Below, piece by piece: positions 7,664 through 16,736 of a DNA stretch of 64,000 nt; position 1 is the stretch's first letter, and each line of letters begins with the position of its first letter. The notes under the pieces are model-generated. The model was not told the DNA's origin, ran no database searches, and worked only from the letters and a program-made list of their open reading frames with translations. The stretch spans positions 7,312 through 71,311 of the forward strand of contig JAHFJG010000007.1 in NCBI GenBank assembly GCA_023246005.1, given 5' to 3'. The DNA comes from Candidatus Doudnabacteria bacterium (GTDB lineage: Bacteria; Patescibacteriota; Doudnabacteria; UBA920; O2-02-FULL-48-8). Both the position numbers and the translations under genes were made by a program.

Positions 7664-8692
7664 TTACTTAGTAATCGTATAAAACTTTTGATCAGATGTG
7701 TTTGTAAAATACAAAGTGTTGCCAATCATTAGCAGATTACTGGCGCGAATATTTGAATCCGGCTCGAAATAACTTTCTTGTTTGAAAGTCGTCAAATCTT
7801 CTTTCACGAACACATCTGCTTTGTTGTCTTTTTTTGGTACAACCGCATACAAATACCTTCCGTCCGGATCAAAGGCAACTTTGTCCAGGGTCGTATTCAG
7901 AGAAAGATCAGTCGCTTGATGATTAGTAAAGTCATAAACATACAACTTTGGATAGGCTGCAATCGAGCTTTGCGCAAATACAAACCGGCTGCTGTTTGGA
8001 AGCCAAGAAGCTGCGATATTTTTACCCTGTTCGACGACAGTGGTAATTTCTCCTGTATTTAAATTTGCCGAATAAATTTTATTCGTATCGCCCTGTAAAT
8101 TTGATCGGTACAGAAGCGCGGTTTTTCCATCAGATCCGGCTTTCACGATTAAATCCGGCCAAAACACATCTGCAATCTTCTGAAAACCGCTGCCATCAGC
8201 ATTGGCGATTGCTAATTGTTGGTGAACATTATCGCCTGACTGCCAAATATACGCCACGCGCCTGGAATCCGGCAACCAATCCAGACTTTTAATATTGGCG
8301 GGTAAATTGACATAAATTTTCGATATATTATTATAATAATTTTTAATTTCATTGGCGCCAAAACCAGTGATTGCGATAAAATCCGAACCAGTCTTGGGCC
8401 ACAACACGCGGGTTAATTTGCCGCTGGACAAAACCGGCAATGGAAATTCCGACAAGCCGGTACCGTCAAGATTTACTCGAAACAACCGTCCGTCTGAATT
8501 AAAATACCATATCGCAGAATTATCAAATGAAGCGATCGGCGAAATCGCCATCTCATCCAAAACTTTTTTTATTTGAGGAGCTGCGACAACCGGTTGTTTA
8601 TTTTGTTTTTTAACCGCAATGAATAATAACCCGCCAGTGCCGGCAAGGATTAAAATGCCCAATGAAATTATAATTATCAGTCGTTTATTCAT
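7664..8692 (-). CDS. membrane-anchored TolB-like beta-propeller protein (PD40/WD40-like repeats)
   Basis: N-terminal TM helix. Repeated FxPDG/WLPDS/WLPNS motifs (AFDPDGRYLY, WLPDSRRVAY, WLPNSSRFVF). Confidence 0.5.
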   Translation of the reverse strand: MNKRLIIIISLGILILAGTGGLLFIAVKKQNKQPVVAAPQIKKVLDEMAISPIASFDNSAIWYFNSDGRLFRVNLDGTGLSEFPLPVLSSGKLTRVLWPKTGSDFIAITGFGANEIKNYYNNISKIYVNLPANIKSLDWLPDSRRVAYIWQSGDNVHQQLAIANADGSGFQKIADVFWPDLIVKAGSDGKTALLYRSNLQGDTNKIYSANLNTGEITTVVEQGKNIAASWLPNSSRFVFAQSSIAAYPKLYVYDFTNHQATDLSLNTTLDKVAFDPDGRYLYAVVPKKDNKADVFVKEDLTTFKQESYFEPDSNIRASNLLMIGNTLYFTNTSDQKFYTITK

Positions 8693-8701
8693 AAATTAAA
8701 A

Positions 8702-9592
8702 TCAGCTTGGTGCCGGAGGATTCGGGTAAGGAGCACAGTAGCTGCCGTCAGCTGATATTTTGTTAAATTCAACGTGCACGTGTCCGCCTGAAGTTCTTTC
8801 TACGGGATGGTTATATTCATCTATGGTATCGCCTGGAGGCGGATTGAATCCTGCGCCTTTTGCAATCTGAACTAATTTGGCAATTTGCGGATTACTGCTC
8901 CAGGGCTGACTAGGAGGGGGGCGAATAGAAATATCTACTGCTTCACCAAAAGCGTGCCTGCTTGGAAAATCGCCGCTTCTAAACGCACTGGTTATCGTAA
9001 CCTGGACTCCTGCGCTTGCCGCTGCGCCAACAATTTGCTGAACCTTGCCCAGCATGCACTGTCTGACTCTCGGATCCGAAGTTTGCGAATCAACACTTAC
9101 TCCGCTTAGAGCCACTAAATCAGCAGGCTCCCAAGCAAACGATGCTCCTCCCCCACCACCACCGCTAGTGCCACCATTAAACGCCAGCTGCTTACAAACA
9201 TCAATAGGAAAAAATTTCGAGGCAGCTCTAGTCACTAACCCAGTCAATCCAGTCTGATTGCAGCCAACAATCATAATAACGATTACCAACAAAGCGCCGC
9301 CTAGCACAAGCACAATCGGCCCCCAAACAGGAAAAGAGGCTCCAAGAAACTCAAGCACGATTCCCGCTTTTTTATACCTTCCATACCACTTCTTGGTTTT
9401 CTTTGCTTTGTCAGCAGATCCTGCTTGTTTTTGTTTCTGAATTTCGGCCAGTCTTTGCTGTTGATTGTATTCTTCTATCTCCTGCTCTAAAATATACTGA
9501 TCGACTTCTTCTTGCGAGGGTTGTTGATCTTCTTCTTCCGCCTCTTGTTCCAATAATTCTTCATCAAGACTGTTAGGCATATATTTTCCCAT
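8702..9592 (-). CDS. membrane-anchored peptidoglycan hydrolase-like protein with M15/LAS (VanY-like) metallopeptidase fold; candidate T4SS-associated wall hydrolase
   Basis: Acidic N-terminal region, TM helix, Gly-rich linker. Then SAFRS...HAFGEAVDI...GGHVHVEF, matching the LAS/M15 pattern SxxRS, HxxGxAxD, HxH. Confidence 0.5.
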   Translation of the reverse strand: MGKYMPNSLDEELLEQEAEEEDQQPSQEEVDQYILEQEIEEYNQQQRLAEIQKQKQAGSADKAKKTKKWYGRYKKAGIVLEFLGASFPVWGPIVLVLGGALLVIVIMIVGCNQTGLTGLVTRAASKFFPIDVCKQLAFNGGTSGGGGGGASFAWEPADLVALSGVSVDSQTSDPRVRQCMLGKVQQIVGAAASAGVQVTITSAFRSGDFPSRHAFGEAVDISIRPPPSQPWSSNPQIAKLVQIAKGAGFNPPPGDTIDEYNHPVERTSGGHVHVEFNKISADGSYCAPYPNPPAPS

Positions 9593-9646
9593 CGCGAGCG
9601 ACCGCTTTTATTTCTAAGGTTTAGTTCTGGCGGTCGCGTGGCGATC

Positions 9647-9973
9647 TTAATCTAAGTCATCGTAGAGATCACACCATTGTGGATTCGTAGATTCAATAAG
9701 TTTTATCTTATCTGCTCTAGATCCGGCCTTAATCTGCTTTTCTCTTGCTAAAGATGAATCAAAGTCATTATGAGCTTCATAATAGACCAGTTTCGTCAGG
9801 TTGTATTTTTTTGTAAAGCCTTCGACTAGTTTTTGCTTATGGGACCAAACTCTTGCTTTTAGTTCTGAGGAATAGCCTGTATATAGAGTCGTATTCGTAA
9901 AGTTAGTCATAATATAAACACAAAACACCTTTTCGTCTTGGTTAAGATTGCTTCGTCCCCTTTGGTAGTTCAT
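9647..9973 (-). CDS. GIY-YIG nuclease family protein (stand-alone, about 108 aa)
   Basis: VFCVYIMTNFTNTTLYTGYSSELKARVWSHK matches the GIY-YIG core. Confidence 0.75.
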   Translation of the reverse strand: MNYQRGRSNLNQDEKVFCVYIMTNFTNTTLYTGYSSELKARVWSHKQKLVEGFTKKYNLTKLVYYEAHNDFDSSLAREKQIKAGSRADKIKLIESTNPQWCDLYDDLD

Positions 9974-9994
9974 AAGCTCCTCGCAATGGAGAAA

Positions 9995-11881
9995 CTAATT
10001 CTCTGAACTCCCCTGCGCCTGCATTTCTTTTTTGGCTTCTTCAATTTCCAACGCTCGCTTTGGATCGGTTGTGATGATCTGATCTTCCATGTATGAAGCA
10101 ATTATCTTGATGGCCACGTGCTTGATCCCAGCAAAGAAAATTCCTTCCCCCACGTCTGATTCCAACAGCAAATATTTCTCGCCTTCAGTCAAAAAGAAAG
10201 TCTCGACTATCACATCAATCGCGGCTGGTGATTGCTTAAGCAGGAGCTGCAAAGACGAGTTGGTCACAATCGGTTTGCCATATGGAGATTGCAAAAAATC
10301 CGAAACGTCTTGGGTGACGGTCGTGACTCCCAAATAATATTTGCGCGCCCGCTTGGCAATGCCAAATAGAAATTTGGCCGAATCATCATGCTGCATCATC
10401 CACCACGCTTCGTCAATCACCAAAATTCTTTTTTTCAAAGTTGAACGGACTACGTTCCAGATATAATTTAAAGTCACATAAATAGCTATTGGGCGCAGAG
10501 CGTCTTCCAGATCTCGGATCGAAAATACGACTAACTGGTTATCCAAATTAATATTCGTGGTCTGGTTGAAAATTCCAGAAAAAGTCCCTTGCGTATACTT
10601 GGTCAAGCGTTGCGCCATGCTTTCTCCGCCAACCATGCCGGTTAAAATTTCTACCAAATCCTGCATAGTCGGCGGTTCGATATTGGTAAAATCAGAATTG
10701 GCAGTAATGTCTTTTTTGGCATAAGTTTCCCAAATCGCCCGATCCATAATCGCTTCTTCAGTGGGATCCAGTTTCCCAAGCATTAAATTCATCAGCCCCA
10801 ACAAATTAACGACTGCGGAACGTAAAATATCCTCTTTGCTTTCGCCTTCAATGCCTCTTGGCAAATCAAACGGATTAACGCGGGAATCGGAGTTCAAAGA
10901 AATATTCAAAAACGAACCGCCTACAGCATTGGAAAGATGCCGATATTCGTTTTCCGGATCTATGACAATCACATCAGTTCCCAACATTAAGGATCGCAGA
11001 ATCTCCAGCTTGACCGCATAACTTTTGCCCGAGCCTGACTTTGCAAACACGACTGAATTGGCGTTTTCCATCTGAAACCGATCAAACAAAATTAAGCTGT
11101 TATTATGCCGATTAATGCCGTATAAAATTCCGTCATTGGAAGTCAGTTCCGAAGATACAAACGGAAAAGTCGTAGACAAAGGCTGGGTATTCATGTTTGT
11201 GGCAATCGCCAACTCGTCATTGCCTAAAGGCAAGGTCGAGTTGAATCCTTGTTCCATCTGCAATATCGCCGGCTTGGCCACGATTAACTTGGACCCAAGC
11301 AAGGACTCGAGAGTTGCTGAAAATTGATCCAGCTCCTTTAAGTCGTCAGCGTATAAAGTAAAGTAGATGGAAAAACGAAAATATCGCTCGGTTCCTTGCT
11401 GCAGCCTGTTGCGCAATTCTTCCACATCCTGGAAAGCCGTTTCCATCATCGGATCTCTGACATTGCCTTTTTCCTGGCCAAGCCGCATGCTGGCTTCCAG
11501 CTGGCCGACTTTGCTCTTAAGCTTTTTCATAATTTCATCCGTCGCCATGGGGTAAATAAACATGGCCATATCAATTGGCGCATCCAAACTGATGATCGGA
11601 GCTAACCAGTCGACCGAAATAAATCGCGGATAGGACATGATGAAAAAAGACCGCGCCAACCTGCCTGATACCTCGACGGAATTTTGATTGACTCGAAAAG
11701 CTGATGGCGCAATTAAATCCCGCAGAGTATTTAACCCGCTTTTATATTCGCGTTCTTTCTTAACTATCTCACGCTGTAACTCGCGCTGCGGATCAGGTTG
11801 ATTATCGGAAAATAATGCCATATTATTCGCGATCCGAATGACCCGAATTTGCATCCGAATTATCCGAATCATAGTTCGCAT
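9995..11881 (-). CDS. VirB4/TrbE/CagE-family conjugal-transfer (type IV secretion) ATPase
   Basis: Walker A FAKSGSGKSYA. Walker B VLVIDEAWWMM. C-terminal VirB4-like region. The true start is probably the internal MALFSDN at about 11821. Confidence 0.85.
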   Translation of the reverse strand: MRTMIRIIRMQIRVIRIANNMALFSDNQPDPQRELQREIVKKEREYKSGLNTLRDLIAPSAFRVNQNSVEVSGRLARSFFIMSYPRFISVDWLAPIISLDAPIDMAMFIYPMATDEIMKKLKSKVGQLEASMRLGQEKGNVRDPMMETAFQDVEELRNRLQQGTERYFRFSIYFTLYADDLKELDQFSATLESLLGSKLIVAKPAILQMEQGFNSTLPLGNDELAIATNMNTQPLSTTFPFVSSELTSNDGILYGINRHNNSLILFDRFQMENANSVVFAKSGSGKSYAVKLEILRSLMLGTDVIVIDPENEYRHLSNAVGGSFLNISLNSDSRVNPFDLPRGIEGESKEDILRSAVVNLLGLMNLMLGKLDPTEEAIMDRAIWETYAKKDITANSDFTNIEPPTMQDLVEILTGMVGGESMAQRLTKYTQGTFSGIFNQTTNINLDNQLVVFSIRDLEDALRPIAIYVTLNYIWNVVRSTLKKRILVIDEAWWMMQHDDSAKFLFGIAKRARKYYLGVTTVTQDVSDFLQSPYGKPIVTNSSLQLLLKQSPAAIDVIVETFFLTEGEKYLLLESDVGEGIFFAGIKHVAIKIIASYMEDQIITTDPKRALEIEEAKKEMQAQGSSEN

Positions 11882-12245
11882 TAAGGACTCTTTTTGGCTT
11901 CAAAAATGCTGCTCTAAAATTTACTATTAGTCCGAGTTCTAAATTAGCGGCTTTGAGGTATCTTTGCATTTGGATATAATCTTCTTTCGTTATGACCCGT
12001 TTAGCCTTAAAATCTGTTAAAATTCTGCCAAAAATCAGGAAATCTACTCTGTTGCCTTCAGGGGAATCGCTCTGTAAATTCTTAAGCTCGTATTCTCTTT
12101 CAAATGGAATTTTTAGTTTTTTAAGTTTTTCTTCAAATTTATCTGCATATTGTCTTTCTCTAGCAAATCTTCCCAGCTCGTTATGTGTCTCAAAACAAAC
12201 CCCTGTTATTTTATATGATTCATCTGCGTATAATATTCGTGGCAT
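11823..12245 (-). CDS. GxxExxY-family protein (PD-(D/E)XK nuclease-like fold)
   Basis: ITGVCFETHNELG...E motif and size typical of the GxxExxY family. Flanked by inverted repeats (see findings). Confidence 0.5.
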   Translation of the reverse strand: MPRILYADESYKITGVCFETHNELGRFARERQYADKFEEKLKKLKIPFEREYELKNLQSDSPEGNRVDFLIFGRILTDFKAKRVITKEDYIQMQRYLKAANLELGLIVNFRAAFLKPKRVLNANYDSDNSDANSGHSDRE

Positions 12246-12263
12246 TCGGATGTCATTCGTGGA

Positions 12264-12959
12264 TTAGGATCGCAATATGTCCAAATCTTCTACGGATTTA
12301 ATTCTAATTGCCGAGGCTGTGTTTAAATTATAACTATTATACATAAGTTCGATCAGCTCCTCTGTGCTTAAAACCAGGGTTTTCAAGCCCATGGCTGAAA
12401 GTCCCGACACAATCTGATTAACTCGTTTGGACAGCTCTTCGCGGGCGTTTTCAAACTCCAGGCTTTTGCCGGCAATCTGTTTGGCCGGACTAAATAAATT
12501 TGTAACCTTTGACATAAAACCAGATTTGACTCCTGCTGTAGTTAATGGAACAACTACATAAAATGTCTTGTTCATTATGCTGGCAAATTCGATAAGCTTG
12601 CCGATGTATTCGATATATTCTTGCGTCTGCATACGCAGCAATTCGTTGGTTTGTTGTTGCATAATACTCCGCAGCTTGTCCAAATAAGCATGAATGTCGA
12701 GCTTCCTTGATTGCATGAGAATTTGGATGGGAAATTCAAGACCATTGAGAAAATTCTGATAAGCTGAAATTAGAGCGTTTTGTTCTTCCACGCTCTTTAA
12801 GGAAAAATTCGTGGAAGAAACTACCATCACCGTTCGCATGGACCCGTCCCGCATAATAATCGTTCCTTCTTTTATTTCATCAATGTCCAAATAAGCCTGC
12901 GTGCTGGCAGTTGGTTTATTATTGCCTATATTCGATTGCATTTCTTGCTTAGTAGACAT
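12264..12959 (-). CDS. hypothetical protein, T4SS-locus associated
   Basis: Intact ORF co-directional with virB4. No recognisable motif. Confidence 0.3.
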   Translation of the reverse strand: MSTKQEMQSNIGNNKPTASTQAYLDIDEIKEGTIIMRDGSMRTVMVVSSTNFSLKSVEEQNALISAYQNFLNGLEFPIQILMQSRKLDIHAYLDKLRSIMQQQTNELLRMQTQEYIEYIGKLIEFASIMNKTFYVVVPLTTAGVKSGFMSKVTNLFSPAKQIAGKSLEFENAREELSKRVNQIVSGLSAMGLKTLVLSTEELIELMYNSYNLNTASAIRIKSVEDLDILRS

Positions 12960-12986
12960 AGATCAGATAACAGTGAACAGTTAACA

Positions 12987-13352
12987 TTAACTCGTTTTAG
13001 CGCTTGGGACTTTAATTGTCCAGAGCATTGCCCCGATTTCATCCGCTAACTTTGATGATTGCAAATAATCTTCTTCAGTCATATAATTTTCCTTATAGGC
13101 AAATTCAAGAAGATATTTTGATTCTTGAAGAGAACCATAAGAGATATCAAAAAAATTCTGCTGTACTTTATCCCGAATGCGCGCATATCCTTCGATAAAA
13201 TTTAAAATAACCGACAAAGCAGATCTCCTTAACTGAGAAGTAACACCGTATAATTCATCTCTCGGAAAGCTTTTCGTAATTTTATAAACCAAATGAACAT
13301 AAATATCCATCTTTGCTCTTAGTTTATCAAAATATGATTCAGTCTGATGCAT
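12987..13352 (-). CDS. four-helix-bundle protein (23S rRNA intervening-sequence protein family; HEPN clan)
   Basis: Family-typical size (about 120 aa) and motifs (TSQLRRSALSVILNFIEGY...ES.YLL). Flanked by TCAGATAACAG inverted repeats. Confidence 0.8.
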   Translation of the reverse strand: MHQTESYFDKLRAKMDIYVHLVYKITKSFPRDELYGVTSQLRRSALSVILNFIEGYARIRDKVQQNFFDISYGSLQESKYLLEFAYKENYMTEEDYLQSSKLADEIGAMLWTIKVPSAKTS

Positions 13353-13363
13353 TTTGTTATCTG

Positions 13364-13807
13364 TTATCTGATATCTGTTTTCTGACGTATCAGTTCTTTC
13401 TCTTCTTCTGTTTTCTGGTCAAGCAAATATGCTAACTTTTTCAGTCTGCTCTGATCCGGTTCCTCGATGCGCCCTATTTTTGCTGGAGCTGGTTTAGCTT
13501 TTTGGGTTCTAACAACAATATCAACTTCTTCGCGTTTAAAAATCCTAACCTGCGGCTTGGAAAAAAAGCTGACAAATGCCCCTAGGTAAGCAAACATAGG
13601 CCGGCCATTAAATTTCGCAAACCCCACGGCAACGCCGATCAAGGTTACTGGTAGAGCAAATAAGAAAAAGAACACTGAAAACTTCAATAATGAGTAAAAA
13701 AACAAATCAACTCCGCCAGTGGCCAATAAAAACAAAAACTGCTTGAGAGTCAGAGGACCGATTAGTTTATCCTCAATGTCAGTGAATTGCGGTACGGCAA
13801 ATTGCAT
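13364..13807 (-). CDS. PrgI-like small membrane protein (2 TM), putative T4SS component
   Basis: Two hydrophobic helices and a charged C-terminus, adjacent to virB4 and virB6-like genes. Call rests on size and context only. Confidence 0.35.
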   Translation of the reverse strand: MQFAVPQFTDIEDKLIGPLTLKQFLFLLATGGVDLFFYSLLKFSVFFFLFALPVTLIGVAVGFAKFNGRPMFAYLGAFVSFFSKPQVRIFKREEVDIVVRTQKAKPAPAKIGRIEEPDQSRLKKLAYLLDQKTEEEKELIRQKTDIR

Positions 13808-13842
13808 GTTGCAAAGTAAAAAGTTAAAGGTAAAAAATAAAA

Positions 13843-14256
13843 CTAATCGTTATTCTTAAGGGAAACTATGCTAGCGCCTAGTATTTTTGATAATTCTTCA
13901 GCTTCGAGCAACAATTCTTTTGCTTTGTTAGGTTCAGCTTTAGCTGAATCAATCATTAAATTAAGCCAAAATTTTGTTTCGTTCGCAGATTTTAGAGCAT
14001 ATAAGTAAAAATTGATAAAATCCTTTCTGCTGCTAGCAGCTATGGCTTCAATTATATTGGCACCAATGCTTGTTCCACAACGCAATAGCTGTCGAGCCAG
14101 AATCTGAACATTAAAGTCCTTTTTGTCTAAAGTATCAATAAATACTATAACTTCTAGGGCAAATTTATAGCTTCTCGATTTAATGTCTATTTTTATTTTA
14201 GAGTTAGTTTCAGACATTTGCAGTAACTTTTCCACAATAACTATAACATAAAACAA
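13843..14256 (-). CDS. four-helix-bundle protein (23S-IVS protein family); probable true start at ATG 14217
   Basis: SIGANIIEAIAASSRKDF...ALKSANETKFWL, a family-typical motif. The listed start is TTG. Confidence 0.75.
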   Translation of the reverse strand: MFYVIVIVEKLLQMSETNSKIKIDIKSRSYKFALEVIVFIDTLDKKDFNVQILARQLLRCGTSIGANIIEAIAASSRKDFINFYLYALKSANETKFWLNLMIDSAKAEPNKAKELLLEAEELSKILGASIVSLKNND

Positions 14257-14314
14257 TCAAATTACCAAAAAGCCAGGGCGGCTTCCCAGGCTTTTACTTT
14301 TGACTTTTTACCTT

Positions 14315-14755
14315 TTACTTCATGAAAGCTTTTATCCACTTCATCCAGCCCTCTCCTTCATCCTCGTAATTATTCCAAAATTCTTCCGGCCTGACTATTT
14401 TTGTGCCTTGGAATTTTTCAAGCTTAAGAAGATGTTGATCAGAAGTAATCAAATAATCAGCATTGCAAGTAACGGCTGATTCTAAAATTTTATTGTCCTC
14501 GTCATCCTCAACAACGTGCAAAGATTCGCCTGGGCCAATCTGGCTGACCATTTCAAAAAAATATTCCAGTTTTTTGAGATAACCTTCATCATTAATTTTC
14601 TTCTGGGCTAAGAATTTATTTTCTCGCAAAGTGCCTTTGTTGGCATAAGCCTCAACTTGTCTGGCAATAACTAAATCTATGATCCTGTTAGCATAACTGT
14701 GATCATCATTTGATGCGTCTATTAAAGCATTGGTGTCAATCACGACTTTGAGCAT
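14315..14755 (-). CDS. PIN-domain protein (VapC-like putative toxin); no adjacent canonical antitoxin ORF
   Basis: N-terminal VVIDTNALID plus conserved acidic residues downstream (ITSDQHLL). Confidence 0.7.
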   Translation of the reverse strand: MLKVVIDTNALIDASNDDHSYANRIIDLVIARQVEAYANKGTLRENKFLAQKKINDEGYLKKLEYFFEMVSQIGPGESLHVVEDDEDNKILESAVTCNADYLITSDQHLLKLEKFQGTKIVRPEEFWNNYEDEGEGWMKWIKAFMK

Positions 14756-14792
14756 AAAAAGGTTGTAGGTTATAGTTGGTAGGTTGTAGTTA
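14756..14792. repeat. left arm of a ~35-bp inverted repeat bracketing the 4HB gene 14790-15152
   Basis: AAAAAGGTTGTAGGTTATAGTTGGTAGGTTGTAGTTA. Reverse complement of 15226-15260 begins with the same 14 bp AAAAGGTTGTAGGT and shares GGTAGGTTGTAG. Confidence 0.6.
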
Positions 14793-15152
14793 GGACTTAT
14801 CTAATTCTTGGGTCATCTTATTAAGCATGCGCATTATTTCATCCAAAAGATCAACCACGATCAAACTTTTGGCATCATTCCCAAAACCAAGCTTTTTAGA
14901 AATTATCAACTGAGTTTCTAATTCTGCGCCGGATCCATAAGCTGTGAATAAAAAATGACGGTAATCTTTTTTAGTTCCACGCTTACTACCTTCAGCAATA
15001 TTTGACGGGATCGAAACCGCACATCTACGCATTTGGGAAGTCAAACCAAATTGTTCTTCTCGAGGAAAATCTTTTGTTAATCCATAGACTGCAACCACCA
15101 GGTCTAGGGATTTTTGCCAAACAATGAGATCCTTATAAGATGATAAACTCAT
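14790..15152 (-). CDS. four-helix-bundle protein (23S-IVS protein family)
   Basis: Classic motif KDLIVWQKSLDLVVAVYGLTKDFPREEQFGLTSQMRRCAVSIPSNIAEG. Confidence 0.85.
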   Translation of the reverse strand: MSLSSYKDLIVWQKSLDLVVAVYGLTKDFPREEQFGLTSQMRRCAVSIPSNIAEGSKRGTKKDYRHFLFTAYGSGAELETQLIISKKLGFGNDAKSLIVVDLLDEIMRMLNKMTQELDKS

Positions 15153-15225
15153 ATATTATTAATTAATAATACTGAAGTACTTTAGCATTATCCTGAATAA
15201 AAATAAACCCCATGAGGAGGTCTAT

Positions 15226-15260
15226 TCTACAACCTATAACCTACCACCTACAACCTTTTA
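15226..15260. repeat. right arm of the inverted repeat bracketing the 4HB gene 14790-15152
   Basis: TCTACAACCTATAACCTACCACCTACAACCTTTTA. It abuts the stop codon of the upstream gene. Confidence 0.6.
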
Positions 15261-16730
15261 TAGTCTTTCAATTTCCTTACGAAGGTCTGCGATTGCTTCA
15301 AATTCTTGCAGCGTCAAATCGCTGCCGGCTTTGTTCGCGGCATTTTTGAACACCACTGTTCTATCAGCATTATTATCATGAATCATGGCAGAGCCAATTT
15401 GCAGATAAATCTTAAACAATGGGCTTTGTTCAAAGGCATTAACGACATAATACGGCAACAGCCGGTTGGCTTGCGCCAGATAAATGATTCGAGATTGGAG
15501 ATTCGAGATTTGAGCTTGCAAAGTTCCCGCGCGCAGATAGCTTAAATCAACTTTTTTCAAATCATCAACGATTTGAATATCATTTAATGATTTCGAAGGA
15601 GTCAATTTGACTGAAGCGGGCCTGTAATAATTCTCCGGTGCGACTGAAGACGGCAGAAACTTTGTAGGTAAAGGAACGGGCTTTGAGATCCGCAATCCTG
15701 AATTCATTTCAGGATCTCTTTTTTGAGATACTGAAACCCCTGAACTTGATTCAGGGTCAGCATTGCGAGGCGGAGAAACCAATTCCGGAGTTTTCACTTC
15801 ACGCTTAATTTCTTCCGGCGTCATCTTCACAAGCGTTTGTTTGCTGCTATCTGATATCTGTTTACTGATCCCTGTTTCCCCCATTTGCCGCCGCAAAACT
15901 TCCAGGTCTTGGCCGTGAGAAGGAGTTGGTGGTCTGGGAGGAGTTCGTGGTCGTGGGGCAACTGGTATATTCTGATTTTTAACAACTTGCTGGAAATCTA
16001 CTGTTGCTTCTTCAAAGGCTGTTCCGTATTTGAGCCAATCATAAAGCTCTAGAATAATAAGCAACAACTTTCGATCGGTATTGGACAACTTCCGGACAGT
16101 TTGGTTCTGATTTATGTACGTAATCCTTTCTATAGCTCCTCTTGTTTCGAGTATAGGTCCTGCTTTTCTTGTGTTTCGATCATAATCCAATAACCAGTTG
16201 CCTATTGAGGGTGGGACATTTTTATCTGCTATTGTTAGGGGATTACTACCAACTGTAACAAAACTCCTAAGCATGATATTAGCCAATGACTCGGCAATCG
16301 CTCCTTCTTCTCTAACGTCATCATAAACATTTAAAACATCCTGAAACTTTTCTTGGATTGGTATTTTGGCCTTTATTGCATCTGTCAGATGGTTCTTGAT
16401 CAAATTTTCTATTTCTGCAAAGGGCCTTGAGGACAAACATTCAAATTTCAACAGGACTATCAATTTCTGATATTTTTCGTACAGCTCCGGGGACTCAGTT
16501 TTCAGTTCTGGGTATTTGCCAATCAATATGTCTTCCAAAAGCATCCGAGCTTTCAAGGCCTCTTCCCGGTTATCAAACTCAATGCTTCCTTCAACTATTT
16601 GCTTGAACTGCTCAAAAACCTCCGGATATGCTAACTGCTTTCTGTCCGTGATGAAAGACAATGGTGTTGTATTACCAACCACAGCGGAGTTAGATGTTGT
16701 GCTTTGCTGAATTAGAGTTTCGTCTGGCAT
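15258..16730 (-). CDS. hypothetical protein (490 aa, Pro-rich linker), T4SS-locus associated
   Basis: Intact ORF between the 4HB gene and the VirB6-like gene. PRPRTPPRPPTP linker. No recognisable catalytic motif. Confidence 0.3.
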   Translation of the reverse strand: MPDETLIQQSTTSNSAVVGNTTPLSFITDRKQLAYPEVFEQFKQIVEGSIEFDNREEALKARMLLEDILIGKYPELKTESPELYEKYQKLIVLLKFECLSSRPFAEIENLIKNHLTDAIKAKIPIQEKFQDVLNVYDDVREEGAIAESLANIMLRSFVTVGSNPLTIADKNVPPSIGNWLLDYDRNTRKAGPILETRGAIERITYINQNQTVRKLSNTDRKLLLIILELYDWLKYGTAFEEATVDFQQVVKNQNIPVAPRPRTPPRPPTPSHGQDLEVLRRQMGETGISKQISDSSKQTLVKMTPEEIKREVKTPELVSPPRNADPESSSGVSVSQKRDPEMNSGLRISKPVPLPTKFLPSSVAPENYYRPASVKLTPSKSLNDIQIVDDLKKVDLSYLRAGTLQAQISNLQSRIIYLAQANRLLPYYVVNAFEQSPLFKIYLQIGSAMIHDNNADRTVVFKNAANKAGSDLTLQEFEAIADLRKEIERL

Positions 16731-16736
16731 ATTTTT

